This document shows, piece by piece, positions 49,157 to 58,684 of a DNA stretch of 62,362 bases. The notes beneath the pieces were generated by a model, which saw only the letters and a program-made list of their open reading frames with translations, was not told where the DNA came from and made no database searches. A program made the position numbers and the translations under genes. This DNA comes from a virus (Duplodnaviria > Caudoviricetes): the IMG/VR virus record IMGVR_UViG_3300009146_000015, positions 1 to 62,362 of that record; one strand, written 5' to 3'. Within the stretch, counting starts at the first letter, position 1. Each line of letters begins with the position of its first letter.

Positions 49157-50221
49157 ATGGCCGCAAGTGAGATGATTTCGAAGGAGTTCTTCAAGCACAA
49201 AGCCGCCGCGGTGTTTGCCGACATCCCGGTGGAGAACGACCTCTCTGCCGGCATAACCGGTGGCTTTCCGGTGGTCGGCTACAAGGGCAAGACGTGGAGC
49301 ATCCGCAAGCGTGGCGAGGAAGAACTGCTGATGCGTCCCGATGGCGACGGGCCGCGTGGCAGCATTGACGTGGTGATCCTGTCGAGCGCCAAGGTGCTGA
49401 GCAAGACCTGGTACGAGAGTGGCTACGTCGAGGGCAACTCCGCCCCGCCCGACTGCTGGTCCGGCAACGGCCAGGTGCCGAGCCCGCAGTCACCGAAGAT
49501 CCAGTCGGCGACCTGCGGTACCTGCCCCCGCAACATCTGGGGCGGCAGGATCACCGAGAACGGCAAGCGGGCGAAGGAGTGTGCCGACGCCAAGCGCATG
49601 GCGGTGGTGTTCTACGACGAGATCGGCGAGGAGGGGCTTGAGCCGGCCCTGCTCCGGGTGCCGGCGGCGTCGCTGGCCGACCTGATGAGCTACGGCAACG
49701 AGGTGGCCAAGCTCGGCCACCATTACTTCTCGGTGGTGACCAAGATCAGCTTCGACCCCGAGGAGGCGTATCCCAAGTTCAAGTTCATGGCGACACGCCC
49801 GCTCAACGACGCTGAAGGTGCGGCCATTCTCGAAGTGCGTAAGGATGACAGCTCGGTCGAGCGCATTCTCGACGAGACCGGCGACACGGTGATCGACGCC
49901 GACGGCAACGTCCGTCCGGCCCAGCTGCCAAGGCCGGCGCCGACCGCGGCGATTGCCAAGCCTGCCGTCAAGACGATCAACGCTGCGCCGGCTACCAAGC
50001 CCGCTGGCAAGGTGGTTACTCCGAAAAGTAAGGTGACGCCGCGCAAGGCGGCTGTCGCCCGTGCCGAGGAGACGATCGAGGATGCGACGGTTGTGGAGGA
50101 GGAGGCTGCTGCTAACGGCGGCGAGACGGCTGCGGAAGAGGAGGTTGAGGCGGCAGAAGACGACGATGAAGCCTTCGACGCCGCCCTCGAAGCCAAGCTG
50201 AACGCGTTCCTCAAGTCCTAG
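49157..50221 (+). CDS. Putative ssDNA-binding/annealing protein with a Cys cluster and acidic tail
   Basis: PDCWS..G..P....CGTCPRN..G....KEC; LRVPAASL; acidic C-terminus. Confidence 0.6.
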   Translation: MAASEMISKEFFKHKAAAVFADIPVENDLSAGITGGFPVVGYKGKTWSIRKRGEEELLMRPDGDGPRGSIDVVILSSAKVLSKTWYESGYVEGNSAPPDCWSGNGQVPSPQSPKIQSATCGTCPRNIWGGRITENGKRAKECADAKRMAVVFYDEIGEEGLEPALLRVPAASLADLMSYGNEVAKLGHHYFSVVTKISFDPEEAYPKFKFMATRPLNDAEGAAILEVRKDDSSVERILDETGDTVIDADGNVRPAQLPRPAPTAAIAKPAVKTINAAPATKPAGKVVTPKSKVTPRKAAVARAEETIEDATVVEEEAAANGGETAAEEEVEAAEDDDEAFDAALEAKLNAFLKS

Positions 50222-50231
50222 TCAGCGTGAG

Positions 50232-50259
50232 TGGCAGGGGGGCGGTAACCCCCCTGCCA
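50232..50259 (+). terminator. Stem-loop after the SSB-like gene
   Basis: TGGCAGGGGGG...CCCCCCTGCCA; no clear U-tail. Confidence 0.45.
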
Positions 50260-50290
50260 TCCTGCAGCCTCTCACCCACGAGCATGGCCG

Positions 50291-53257
50291 ATGACCCGTT
50301 TGACGAAAGACTACAGCGCTGCCCGGCAGTACCTCGCCAAGGTGCTGCCCTGGCCGCAAGCTGACGACGAACCTGCGTGGATCGGCGTCACGTACAAAAG
50401 CAAAGGAGAAGGCAAGAAATGGTTCTGGAGCACGCGCGGGGCCAAGTCCGTCGCTGAGGCGGTTGGTCTGATCGACTGGGCGCTGGCGCGCCCGAGCATC
50501 CACGACATCTACGTCTGCATGGGGTCGCTGCGTACTGCGGAAGTGGTCACCTCCAAGCGTGGCTTCAAGTACACCAAGGCCGAGCGCTCGCAAGAGCAGG
50601 TCGTCGGCCTCAAATCCCTCTACATCGACCTAGACGCCAAGGGGGGATCCGATAGCTACGCCACGATCGATGACGCGATTGTGGCGCTTTTCAACTTTCT
50701 CAAGGCGACGCGGTTCCCGCTTCCGTCGTGCATGGTCAGGACGGGCGGCGGGGTTCACGTCTACTGGACGCTCGACCGGCTGCTTGAGCCGGCAGAGTGG
50801 TTGCCACTGGCGCAGGCGCTGGTTAACGCGGCAACGAAGCACGGCCTCAAGTTCGATACCGGCTGCACGATCGATTACGCCCGTATCCTCCGCGTCCCGC
50901 AGACACTGAACCACAAGTTCGATCCGGCGAAGGAAGTCGAGCTGGTTGACGTCTCGGATTTCGACTATTCGGTGGCCAAGATTGAACATGTGTTAGCTCC
51001 GTACAAGGACGCTACTAGACCTGTAGTAAGCCAGTATATAGAAAACCCCGACTTGTTCAAGCCGGGGCCTGCGTTGGGCAGTAGCGATCTCGCGGCTGGC
51101 ATCGAGGCGATCCAGTTGCCCAAGCCAACACTCGGTCAGTTGGCTAAAGCTTGCCCATTTGTCAAGGAAGCGTGCCGGGAGGAAGGGGCGAATTACCCCG
51201 AGCCGCTCTGGTACGAGACGGTCCAGCTGGCGATGTGGACCGTCGAAGGCGAGCGGGCGGCGCATGTGATGAGCATGAAGCACCCGAACTACAGTCACAC
51301 TGAAACCGAAGAGAAATACGACGCGGCGGTCGAGGCCCAGGCAACGAAGAAGCTCGGCTGGCCGCAGTGCCGAACGATCAGCAATGCCGGCAGCAAGCCA
51401 TGCAAGTCTTGTCCAAATCTGAACTCGAGCAAGTCACCTTTGAACTTCGTTACTTTGCAAAGTAATCCGGCGGCAATCAATGGGATCCAGTTCAAGACCA
51501 CCTTCGCCGGGATGAATACCATCCTGCAGGGCGATATCGACCTGCCGGATGGCTACAAGCGCGCTGCCGACGGGATCATCAGCAAGGCGCTGGTCGACGA
51601 GGCGGGTGCTACCTTCTACGTGCCGGTGTCGAGCTACCCGATGATCAACCCGTTCATCAACACCGACGCCGAAGGCCAGCACACGCTCAATTTCACCACC
51701 TCGGTACAGGTCGGGGTGCCCAAGGTGATCCGGGCCAAAACCGCGGTGATCCAGAACCTCAACATGCGGGGCGCGCTGCAGGGCGTCGGCCTGATGATGA
51801 GCGAGACTGAAGTCAAACCAATGGGAGAATTCCTCGTGGCATGGGTGAAGAAATTGCAACAGCTCAAGGACGCGATGATCAGCACCGAGCCGTTTGGCTG
51901 GTCGGCAGAAGGCTTCGCTTACGGTGGCGTCTTGTACACGCCGAACGGCAACCGCAGCGCTCCCGGCGCTGAGCACGCGCTGGCGGCGCACTACGCGCCG
52001 ATCGGCGATCTGGCGGTGTGGTTCGCCGCCGCCAAGATGCTCACCGATCAGCACCGACCGGCGCTCGACGCCATTCTTGCTTCGGCGTTCGCCGCACCGC
52101 TGGTGCGCTCGACCGGCCAGCCTGGCCTGTTGATGAGCATCTACTCGATCAAGAGCGGCGTCGGCAAGACTACGGCGATGAAGGTGGCACAGGCGGTTTG
52201 GGGCGATCCGTCGCGCGCCATGCAGGGGCTCAACGACACCCAGAACTCGGTGCTGAACAAGCTCGGCAAGCTGCGCTCGCTGCCGATGTTCTGGGACGAG
52301 CTCAAGACCGAGGAGGATACCAAGAAGATGATCGTCATCTGGTTCGCCGTGACCGGAGGACGGGAGAAGCACCGGCTGCAGCAGAACATCGAGCAGCGCG
52401 AGGTCGGCTCATGGGAGACGCTGCTGATGTCGGCGTCGAACGAGAGCATGCTCGACCATATCGTCCGCCAGACCAAGGCGACGACGGCAGGGCTGCACCG
52501 GATGTTCGAGTTCACCATCGAGGCCGGGACGCAGGCACGGATCCCGATCTCGGAAGCCGCTCGTATGACCGCGGCGCTCAACACCAACTTCGGCGGCGCC
52601 GGGCAAGCCTACGCCCAGTTCCTCGGCACCCAGTACCCGCGCGTCGATCAGGAAGTCGCCGACAAGATGATCGAGATCGGCGATCTGGTCAGCGTTGAGC
52701 CTGACGAGCGGTTTTGGGCGGCGCTGGTTGCCGTCATCGTCATGGGCGCGACCTACGCCAATGAGCTCGGACTGACCAGCATCGACCTGCCGCGCCTGCA
52801 GGAGTTCATGGTCGCCCAGTTCCACGGCATGCGGCAGCTGCGCGACAGCCAGTCAGTCGACATGGAGAAGACCATCAACGTCGCCGATCTGCTGGTCCAG
52901 TTCCTGCGCGACATGCGGCCGAAGAACACGCTGGTCACCGACGTCATGTGGCGCGGGCGGGGCAAGCCGCCCAAGGGTGCCGTCAAGACCGTAGAAGGGC
53001 CCAAGGAAGCGTTGCTGTGCCATGTGGCGGTCACTGACCACTGGCTGCGGATAAGCCAGTCTGGCCTATTCGACTGGCTAGAGAAACGGCAAGCGCCGCG
53101 GCACCTGTTCCTCGAACAGCTCAAGGCGCTGTTCGGTGCCACCCGGGTCAACGCCACCCTCGGCGCCGGCACCATCCATCCGAGCGGCAGCGGCTTCTGC
53201 GTCGACATCGACCTGACCCACGCCGCCTCGAAGCTGTATCTGGCGGACATCGCCTGA
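50291..53257 (+). CDS. DNA primase-helicase (AEP/RepB-like N-terminal domain plus DUF927-type P-loop helicase)
   Basis: YIDLD; TGGGVHVYW; RILRVPQTLNHK; SGVGKTT; WDE. Confidence 0.85.
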   Translation: MTRLTKDYSAARQYLAKVLPWPQADDEPAWIGVTYKSKGEGKKWFWSTRGAKSVAEAVGLIDWALARPSIHDIYVCMGSLRTAEVVTSKRGFKYTKAERSQEQVVGLKSLYIDLDAKGGSDSYATIDDAIVALFNFLKATRFPLPSCMVRTGGGVHVYWTLDRLLEPAEWLPLAQALVNAATKHGLKFDTGCTIDYARILRVPQTLNHKFDPAKEVELVDVSDFDYSVAKIEHVLAPYKDATRPVVSQYIENPDLFKPGPALGSSDLAAGIEAIQLPKPTLGQLAKACPFVKEACREEGANYPEPLWYETVQLAMWTVEGERAAHVMSMKHPNYSHTETEEKYDAAVEAQATKKLGWPQCRTISNAGSKPCKSCPNLNSSKSPLNFVTLQSNPAAINGIQFKTTFAGMNTILQGDIDLPDGYKRAADGIISKALVDEAGATFYVPVSSYPMINPFINTDAEGQHTLNFTTSVQVGVPKVIRAKTAVIQNLNMRGALQGVGLMMSETEVKPMGEFLVAWVKKLQQLKDAMISTEPFGWSAEGFAYGGVLYTPNGNRSAPGAEHALAAHYAPIGDLAVWFAAAKMLTDQHRPALDAILASAFAAPLVRSTGQPGLLMSIYSIKSGVGKTTAMKVAQAVWGDPSRAMQGLNDTQNSVLNKLGKLRSLPMFWDELKTEEDTKKMIVIWFAVTGGREKHRLQQNIEQREVGSWETLLMSASNESMLDHIVRQTKATTAGLHRMFEFTIEAGTQARIPISEAARMTAALNTNFGGAGQAYAQFLGTQYPRVDQEVADKMIEIGDLVSVEPDERFWAALVAVIVMGATYANELGLTSIDLPRLQEFMVAQFHGMRQLRDSQSVDMEKTINVADLLVQFLRDMRPKNTLVTDVMWRGRGKPPKGAVKTVEGPKEALLCHVAVTDHWLRISQSGLFDWLEKRQAPRHLFLEQLKALFGATRVNATLGAGTIHPSGSGFCVDIDLTHAASKLYLADIA

Positions 53258-54021
53258 TGCAGTGGTTCTGGACGGCTTACGGGGCGTCGATTGCCGGTTT
53301 GTTATTGTGCTGGAACGGCGTCCCCGTGGTCCTCAGTCGCACGCGCTACCAGAGCCTGCTTCGTGCGGCGGGGGAGCGGCAGCAGGAGCGCGGCTACAGT
53401 CCAAACAAGCAGGATCTAACCGACACCGGGATGCTGTTCCGCAAGCTGTGGCGGCACCCGCCACAATACACGCTGCTGCCGTTCGAGTACCTCGAAGCGA
53501 TCGCGACCGAAGACAAGATGATCGTGTTCCTCGTCCACAACGGCCAGCCGGCGATGTTCGAGGACGACCTGCACCTGTTCCCCAGCGACAAGCTGATCAA
53601 CGCTTTGAGGTTACTCCTATGACAGCGCGAGGATACGAGGAAAAAACCAAGCTGACGCCGGATGAGAAGCTGCGGGTTGCCTTTGGCTACCTGTGCCTTG
53701 GCATGAGCCAGCACCAGCTTGTCGCCTTGTTCAACGTCAATCCAGGGCGGATCAACGACGCCATATCCGACGTGCGTGAGGTTCTGGACTGGCCTAAGCC
53801 TGAAAAGGACGAGAACAATGACTGAATTATGGATCCACACGCGACACTGCCCGAACTGCGACGACGTCGAACTGGCAACCAACGTCGTCGATAAGGATGG
53901 ACGGGTCCACACCTGGTGCAATTATTGCGGCCGGACGCTTAGGAAGTACGATGAGAACGGTGAACTGGAATGGGAGGATACAGAGTGGGCTGCCAACGAA
54001 AGACCAGACGTTACTTCCTAA
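53257..54021 (+). CDS. Three small genes: 53257-53622, 53619-53825 (HTH-like) and 53818-54021 (Zn-ribbon)
   Basis: Coupled starts; MSQHQLVALFNVNPGRINDAI; CPNC...CNYC. Confidence 0.6.
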
Positions 54022-54046
54022 AGTAATCTACCCACAGGAGATGATC

Positions 54047-54589
54047 ATGGATGACCAAGCAGAGCGCAAGGAAACTGTATGGGTGGTTAGTGTTCTTGTT
54101 GTGTTACTTGTTGTGTTACTGGTGGTTATTCTGACGTGGAGCAGTAAGGCGCAAGCGGAGAAGTTCTCCGAGATCAGCGCGGTCAACGCCAGCTACTGCG
54201 CCCTTTACGCGCGGCAGATGGTGTTCATCGACGCCATGCACGGAGACGGCAAGCTGACGGCGGACAGCGACGTCATCAAGAACGCTGCGCTCGCCCATTA
54301 CGTCGACTGTATCTCGATCCTGCCGACGCTCCTGCCGCTGCCGTCCGACCTTGGCGGCTATGACCGTTGGGTCGTCGATATCCGCGACCTGGTGTTCCTG
54401 CGCGCCAAGGAGAAAGTCGTCACCATCGGCACGGTGCCGGCAACTGCGAAGCCTACCGACGAGGAATGGCGCCGGCAGTGCCGGGCCGAATATGCCAGCT
54501 GGAACGAGGAGGATGGAACCGTGATCCGCCGCGGTAACCCAACTCCGGTGCGATGCCCGTGCATGGCGGAAGTGCAATGTGTCTACTAA
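54047..54589 (+). CDS. Membrane-anchored/secreted protein with a C-terminal BA14K-like motif
   Basis: N-terminal TM segment; WRRQCRAEYASWNEEDGT....PVRC. Confidence 0.6.
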   Translation: MDDQAERKETVWVVSVLVVLLVVLLVVILTWSSKAQAEKFSEISAVNASYCALYARQMVFIDAMHGDGKLTADSDVIKNAALAHYVDCISILPTLLPLPSDLGGYDRWVVDIRDLVFLRAKEKVVTIGTVPATAKPTDEEWRRQCRAEYASWNEEDGTVIRRGNPTPVRCPCMAEVQCVY

Positions 54590-54605
54590 CCCACAGGAGA
54601 GTGAA

Positions 54606-55455
54606 ATGACCAACGATACGATCCCTACCCAGATGAACGTGCAGCTGCTCGGCAACGGCACCGTGATCCTGATGTCGGTTCACGTCAGCAGCGAGATGAA
54701 CACCAACTTCGTCATCGGTGCCGACAAGCTGGTGGTCATGCTCGAGGAGCTGATCAAGAAGGCGTCGGACTATCCAGACTCGCCGCTGTCGCGGATCACC
54801 GTCCGCCCGCTTGAGACGCTGGTCTATGGAGGCGACAAATACCACGGGGGCGAAACACCGTGAATTGGATCGACCGCGCCTTGAATGCCGAAGCTCAGCT
54901 TGCCACTGCGATGGAGGAGCGAGATCTCGCACAAGCCCATTACGCCGGGCTGCAACGGGACCTAGCTGAAGCCAATGATGTGATCGGCTGCCTCACAGCC
55001 CTTGCCTCCCAGCTTGCCCCCTATGAAGCCCGCACCAAGAAGCTCGAAGCAGTGCTGCGGCCGTTTACATTCCCGGACCATCCCGAGAAGTTCACCAGCG
55101 CGGAAGGTGGTTGCACGGAAGTTATTATTGCGGACGAGCAGGTGCAAATCGCCCGCGCCACCCTTGGAGAGAAGCCATGACTGGCGAAGGCGAGTGGATG
55201 CGCCGGGCGGAAGAGGCCGAAGAACTGTCTCGTCGCTACGGGCTTGAAGCCGAAAAGTACGAGGCGGCGCTGCAGCGGATAGTCCAGTGGGCGGACGCCT
55301 ACCCACTGGACGTTTTCCCCGAACCGGACTTCGCCAAGGCGCACGAACTGCTCAAGGCAGGTGGGATGACGCTGGACGCAATCAGCGCCAGCAACATGCG
55401 ACACGTTATCGAGGGCGTCGGCAAGATCGCGCGCGACGCCCTCGCTCCCGACTAG
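54606..55455 (+). CDS. Three small hypothetical proteins (54606-54863, 54860-55180, 55177-55455)
   Basis: RBS and GTGA/ATGA coupling. Confidence 0.55.
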
Positions 55456-56174
55456 AAGTCGAAGTCGCCAGCGTCGAGCGATCCGATCTTCCGGCGACCG
55501 CACAGAATGCTGTCTCCACCGCCAAGGTCGATCAGTATGTTGTTTCCGACCTGCGTCATGTCGAGGTCGCCGAAGCTGGTGACATCCGTTCCCGACAGAT
55601 CGAGCTTGTCCCGCTTGGTGAGCCGGATCACGTCGTTGCCGTCGCCAGTGGCAAAGACGTAGAGGTCGGCTTGCCTGCCGCCTGCGAGGGTGTCGTCACC
55701 GAGCCCACCGATTACGGTATCCCTGCCTCTGCCGCCGAAGATGTAGTCGTCACCGCCAAGGCCGAACAGCGTGTCATTGCCGCCGCGACCGCTGATGATG
55801 TCGTTCAGTTCGGTGACCGGGTTCCAGTAATCGGCGTCGATCAGATTGGCCTTGCGCGTGCCGATGATGAAATTGCCAACGGTGTCGTTGGCGTTGGTTC
55901 CCGGAGTACCAGCAGGGCCAGCAGGGCCAGCAGGACCAGTAGGCCCAGCAGGGCCAGCAGGTCCAGGTTCTCCATCCTTACCCGGTGGACCGGCGGGACC
56001 AGGCTCCCCATCTTCGCCCGGCGGGCCGGGCGGGCCGGGCGGCCCTGCGGGTCCGGGGTCCCCATCTTCACCGTCCTTTCCGGGTGGTCCAGCAACACAT
56101 TCCTCGTCCTTGGTGTGGTCCTTGGTGCAACCGTCCTCGTGGTCCCAGTCCCAGTCCCATTGGAAATAAGTCAT
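55452..56174 (-). CDS. Collagen-like (Gly-X-Y) plus RTX Ca-binding repeat protein
   Basis: About 21 Gly-X-Y triplets, then [46 protein letters not shown]. Confidence 0.85.
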   Translation of the reverse strand: MTYFQWDWDWDHEDGCTKDHTKDEECVAGPPGKDGEDGDPGPAGPPGPPGPPGEDGEPGPAGPPGKDGEPGPAGPAGPTGPAGPAGPAGTPGTNANDTVGNFIIGTRKANLIDADYWNPVTELNDIISGRGGNDTLFGLGGDDYIFGGRGRDTVIGGLGDDTLAGGRQADLYVFATGDGNDVIRLTKRDKLDLSGTDVTSFGDLDMTQVGNNILIDLGGGDSILCGRRKIGSLDAGDFDF

Positions 56175-56212
56175 CGCTTAACTCCCTATCGCGATATTGA
56201 CGCCTGACGCTA

Positions 56213-56485
56213 CTACTTGTCGCCGCCGTTACGCCAGCCACGGTTCTTGCTCTTGTGCAGGGGCTTGAGGTTGGACCGGACGGTCTTTCCCCCTGCGCGG
56301 TGCCCCTTGATGTGAGCGGCATCGCGTGGGTCGCCCTTTTTCAGGCCCAGCATCTTGCGGGCCTTGTTGTCCTCATCGCGGATCTTGATCCGCTCCGGGC
56401 GAGCGTCGTAGCCCCGGTTCATGCGCTTGATCTGCCCGGGCGTACGATGGCTCGACGGGTCGCGTGTCTCCCCCTTCTCCGCCAC
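56213..56485 (-). CDS. Small HNH-like endonuclease
   Basis: DAAHIK...GGKTVRSNL.....KNRG. Confidence 0.6.
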   Translation of the reverse strand: MAEKGETRDPSSHRTPGQIKRMNRGYDARPERIKIRDEDNKARKMLGLKKGDPRDAAHIKGHRAGGKTVRSNLKPLHKSKNRGWRNGGDK

Positions 56486-56831
56486 CTACATCTTCCTCTT
56501 GCTGTAGTCCTTCGACGGCGCCCGGCCAGCTGGTGTCAGCTTCTTAGCGCTCGGCGTGCTGCCGATATCCTTGCCAGGACCGACGATCCCGATCGTGCCG
56601 CCAAAACGATGGGCAGGCTTCGCCTTCTTCGCTTTCTTCTTATTCGCCATAGTTACCTCCAAAGTAATCAATCTATTTTTCGCTCTTTTTGCCTTTGGGG
56701 GTCAGCTTTTGCGTCCCCTTCTTAAGCTCCCCCGACTTCTGCAGCGTCGACGTCGCGATCGCATACGCTTCCTCCCGGCTATGACCCTTGGCCCTCAGCT
56801 GCTGCACCAGTCGCTCGAGGATCTTCGGCAT
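56486..56831 (-). CDS. Two small basic proteins (56486-56650 and 56673-56831)
   Basis: GGAGG RBSs; Lys-rich. Confidence 0.55.
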
Positions 56832-56844
56832 CAGAAGCTTCCTC

Positions 56845-57048
56845 CTACGGCAGCGCCACGCCAAGCCCCGGCAGGATCGCCCGCAGTATCCAGAGTATTG
56901 CTAAGAGCGCAAAGACCACCCAGATCGCTTGCACCACCTTGGCCGGTATCTGCCAGCCGATGACCGTGGCAAACACATAAAGCACCAGCCAGACGACAAT
57001 GGCTGCGACGACAATGTAGATCAACGCAATGAGAACAGCCTCGATCAT
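56845..57048 (-). CDS. Two-TM membrane protein, holin candidate
   Basis: 67 aa, almost entirely hydrophobic, near the endolysin. Confidence 0.55.
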   Translation of the reverse strand: MIEAVLIALIYIVVAAIVVWLVLYVFATVIGWQIPAKVVQAIWVVFALLAILWILRAILPGLGVALP

Positions 57049-57148
57049 CGTTCCCTCCTGTAAAAAGCGAGGCGGTTCCGGTCACGGGTGACAGCGCTTC
57101 CCCCGAGGGTATGAGACTTCAGGGGGATTTGGACGCGCCTTTCCCGCC

Positions 57149-57511
57149 TCAGTTCTGTGGCGTCACCTTCGGCGCCGCATTGACGATTTCCCAGTCGACC
57201 GCCAGCAAGTCGGTCTGTGAGCACAGCCACGGCACCACCGAACCGTCTGCCGTCTGCATGTCGACGTGAGGCTGGTAGTTGATCTGGGTTCCTACCTCGT
57301 AGTGGGCAGCCATCGGCCGGCCCTCGCTGACGGCAAAAGTCGATCCCGGCACCAGGAACAGGAACATCCCCCTGCCGTTCCAGCCGCGCCGAGCAACGGT
57401 GGCACCGGCCAGCAGCTGTTTCACCGCCCAACCGATGCCACCGCGCTCCGCGGGGGCCTCGGCCGCGGCACGGAATTTGCGCTGGTCTTCCTCGAAGTGC
57501 TCCCTCGTCAT
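57149..57511 (-). CDS. DUF2829/Tad2-like protein (putative immune-signal sponge)
   Basis: VARRGWNGRGMFL...YQPHVDMQTADG.VVPWLCSQTDLLA.DW. Confidence 0.8.
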   Translation of the reverse strand: MTREHFEEDQRKFRAAAEAPAERGGIGWAVKQLLAGATVARRGWNGRGMFLFLVPGSTFAVSEGRPMAAHYEVGTQINYQPHVDMQTADGSVVPWLCSQTDLLAVDWEIVNAAPKVTPQN

Positions 57512-57522
57512 TGTTCTCTCCC

Positions 57523-58206
57523 TCACATGAAGCTCTGAACGTGCCGGCGAAACTCGTCGCAGACCTCGGTCTTGCTCAGCCCCGACGACCACGGCAGCTT
57601 GGTGATGTCCCATTTGCCGTTCTGCGGCACGCCCTGGTTCGACTGCCACTCGCCGTGCTGCATGATCTTGTAGCGGTCGTTGGGGATCTTGTAGCGGATC
57701 GCGAGCTCGGCAGCGCACTTGGCCAGCGTCATCCACTGCAGCTCGGTCAGCGGGTATTTGCCGGCGTTGAATGGGCTCTCAACCGCACCTGCCATGCATG
57801 CTGCAGCAAGGCCAATATTCTTGGTGTTGGCTTGGTTGGTGTGGGCGGCATAACCGTCGGCATCGCTGGTACTGACGTTGGCCTTGATCGAGTAATCGCC
57901 TCGCACCAGTCGACCGCCTCCATCGACGATGATGTGGTAGTGCTCCTTGTCGGCGCTTGAAACCTCATAGGCACCCGCGCTCCAATGGGTGGTGATGTAG
58001 ATCATGGTGCATTCGGGCATCCACTCGATCGGAATGATCTGTCCTTCGGGCGGCGGTGGCGGCTCCTTGTCGAGGTCCATGCCGGTGTTAAACCAGCCCT
58101 TGGTCGCACCCTCGGTTGACGGTCCCCACAGCCCGTCGGCGCCGTAAGCGCCACAGGAAAATCCGTGGGCAATTAATTTCTCCTGAAAGGCTTTGGGCGT
58201 AAGCAT
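57523..58206 (-). CDS. Endolysin: peptidoglycan-binding domain plus N-acetylmuramoyl-L-alanine amidase
   Basis: FQEKL...GADGLWGPST; HWSAG, YHIIV, AAHT..ANTKNIG, QHGE. Confidence 0.85.
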   Translation of the reverse strand: MLTPKAFQEKLIAHGFSCGAYGADGLWGPSTEGATKGWFNTGMDLDKEPPPPPEGQIIPIEWMPECTMIYITTHWSAGAYEVSSADKEHYHIIVDGGGRLVRGDYSIKANVSTSDADGYAAHTNQANTKNIGLAAACMAGAVESPFNAGKYPLTELQWMTLAKCAAELAIRYKIPNDRYKIMQHGEWQSNQGVPQNGKWDITKLPWSSGLSKTEVCDEFRRHVQSFM

Positions 58207-58272
58207 TTGACCCCCTTGTTACTTTTAGAAGTAACGGGCCGGAGAGGTCGGTGGTCTCCGGCCCGCACCCTG

Positions 58273-58647
58273 TTACCGCTTGCCGCGCCCTTCGACGTTG
58301 GGGTCATACTCGGGCTCGGGCGGTACAAGTGCTTCTGCTTCCTCACCAAGCGCTGCCGCTGCGGCATCGCGGGTCTCCTTGGCCTTGGCTTCTGCCGCGT
58401 CGGCGTTGGCGTCACTCGCCTGGTTCTCCGGCCAGCTCCGCTCCGCGGTGGCGGCGTCCTGCCGCAGCTTGTCGCGGGTCGACTGCTCGGCGTAGAGGCC
58501 GATATGGGCGTTGGCTTCGTTGGCGTCGTGCGCCGCCTTGGCGGTGTTCTTCGCCTCGCGCTCTGCCGCCTCGGCATCGCGTAATGCCTTGGCCTTCTCC
58601 TGAGCTTCGCTCTTGGGTTCAGCCTGGGCCGGTCCGATATCGCTCAT
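58273..58647 (-). CDS. Ala/Glu-rich hypothetical protein
   Basis: GGAGG RBS before MSDIGPA. Confidence 0.6.
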   Translation of the reverse strand: MSDIGPAQAEPKSEAQEKAKALRDAEAAEREAKNTAKAAHDANEANAHIGLYAEQSTRDKLRQDAATAERSWPENQASDANADAAEAKAKETRDAAAAALGEEAEALVPPEPEYDPNVEGRGKR

Positions 58648-58684
58648 CGCTTTCCTCCATGTTAAACACCAGTTGTCCACTTAC

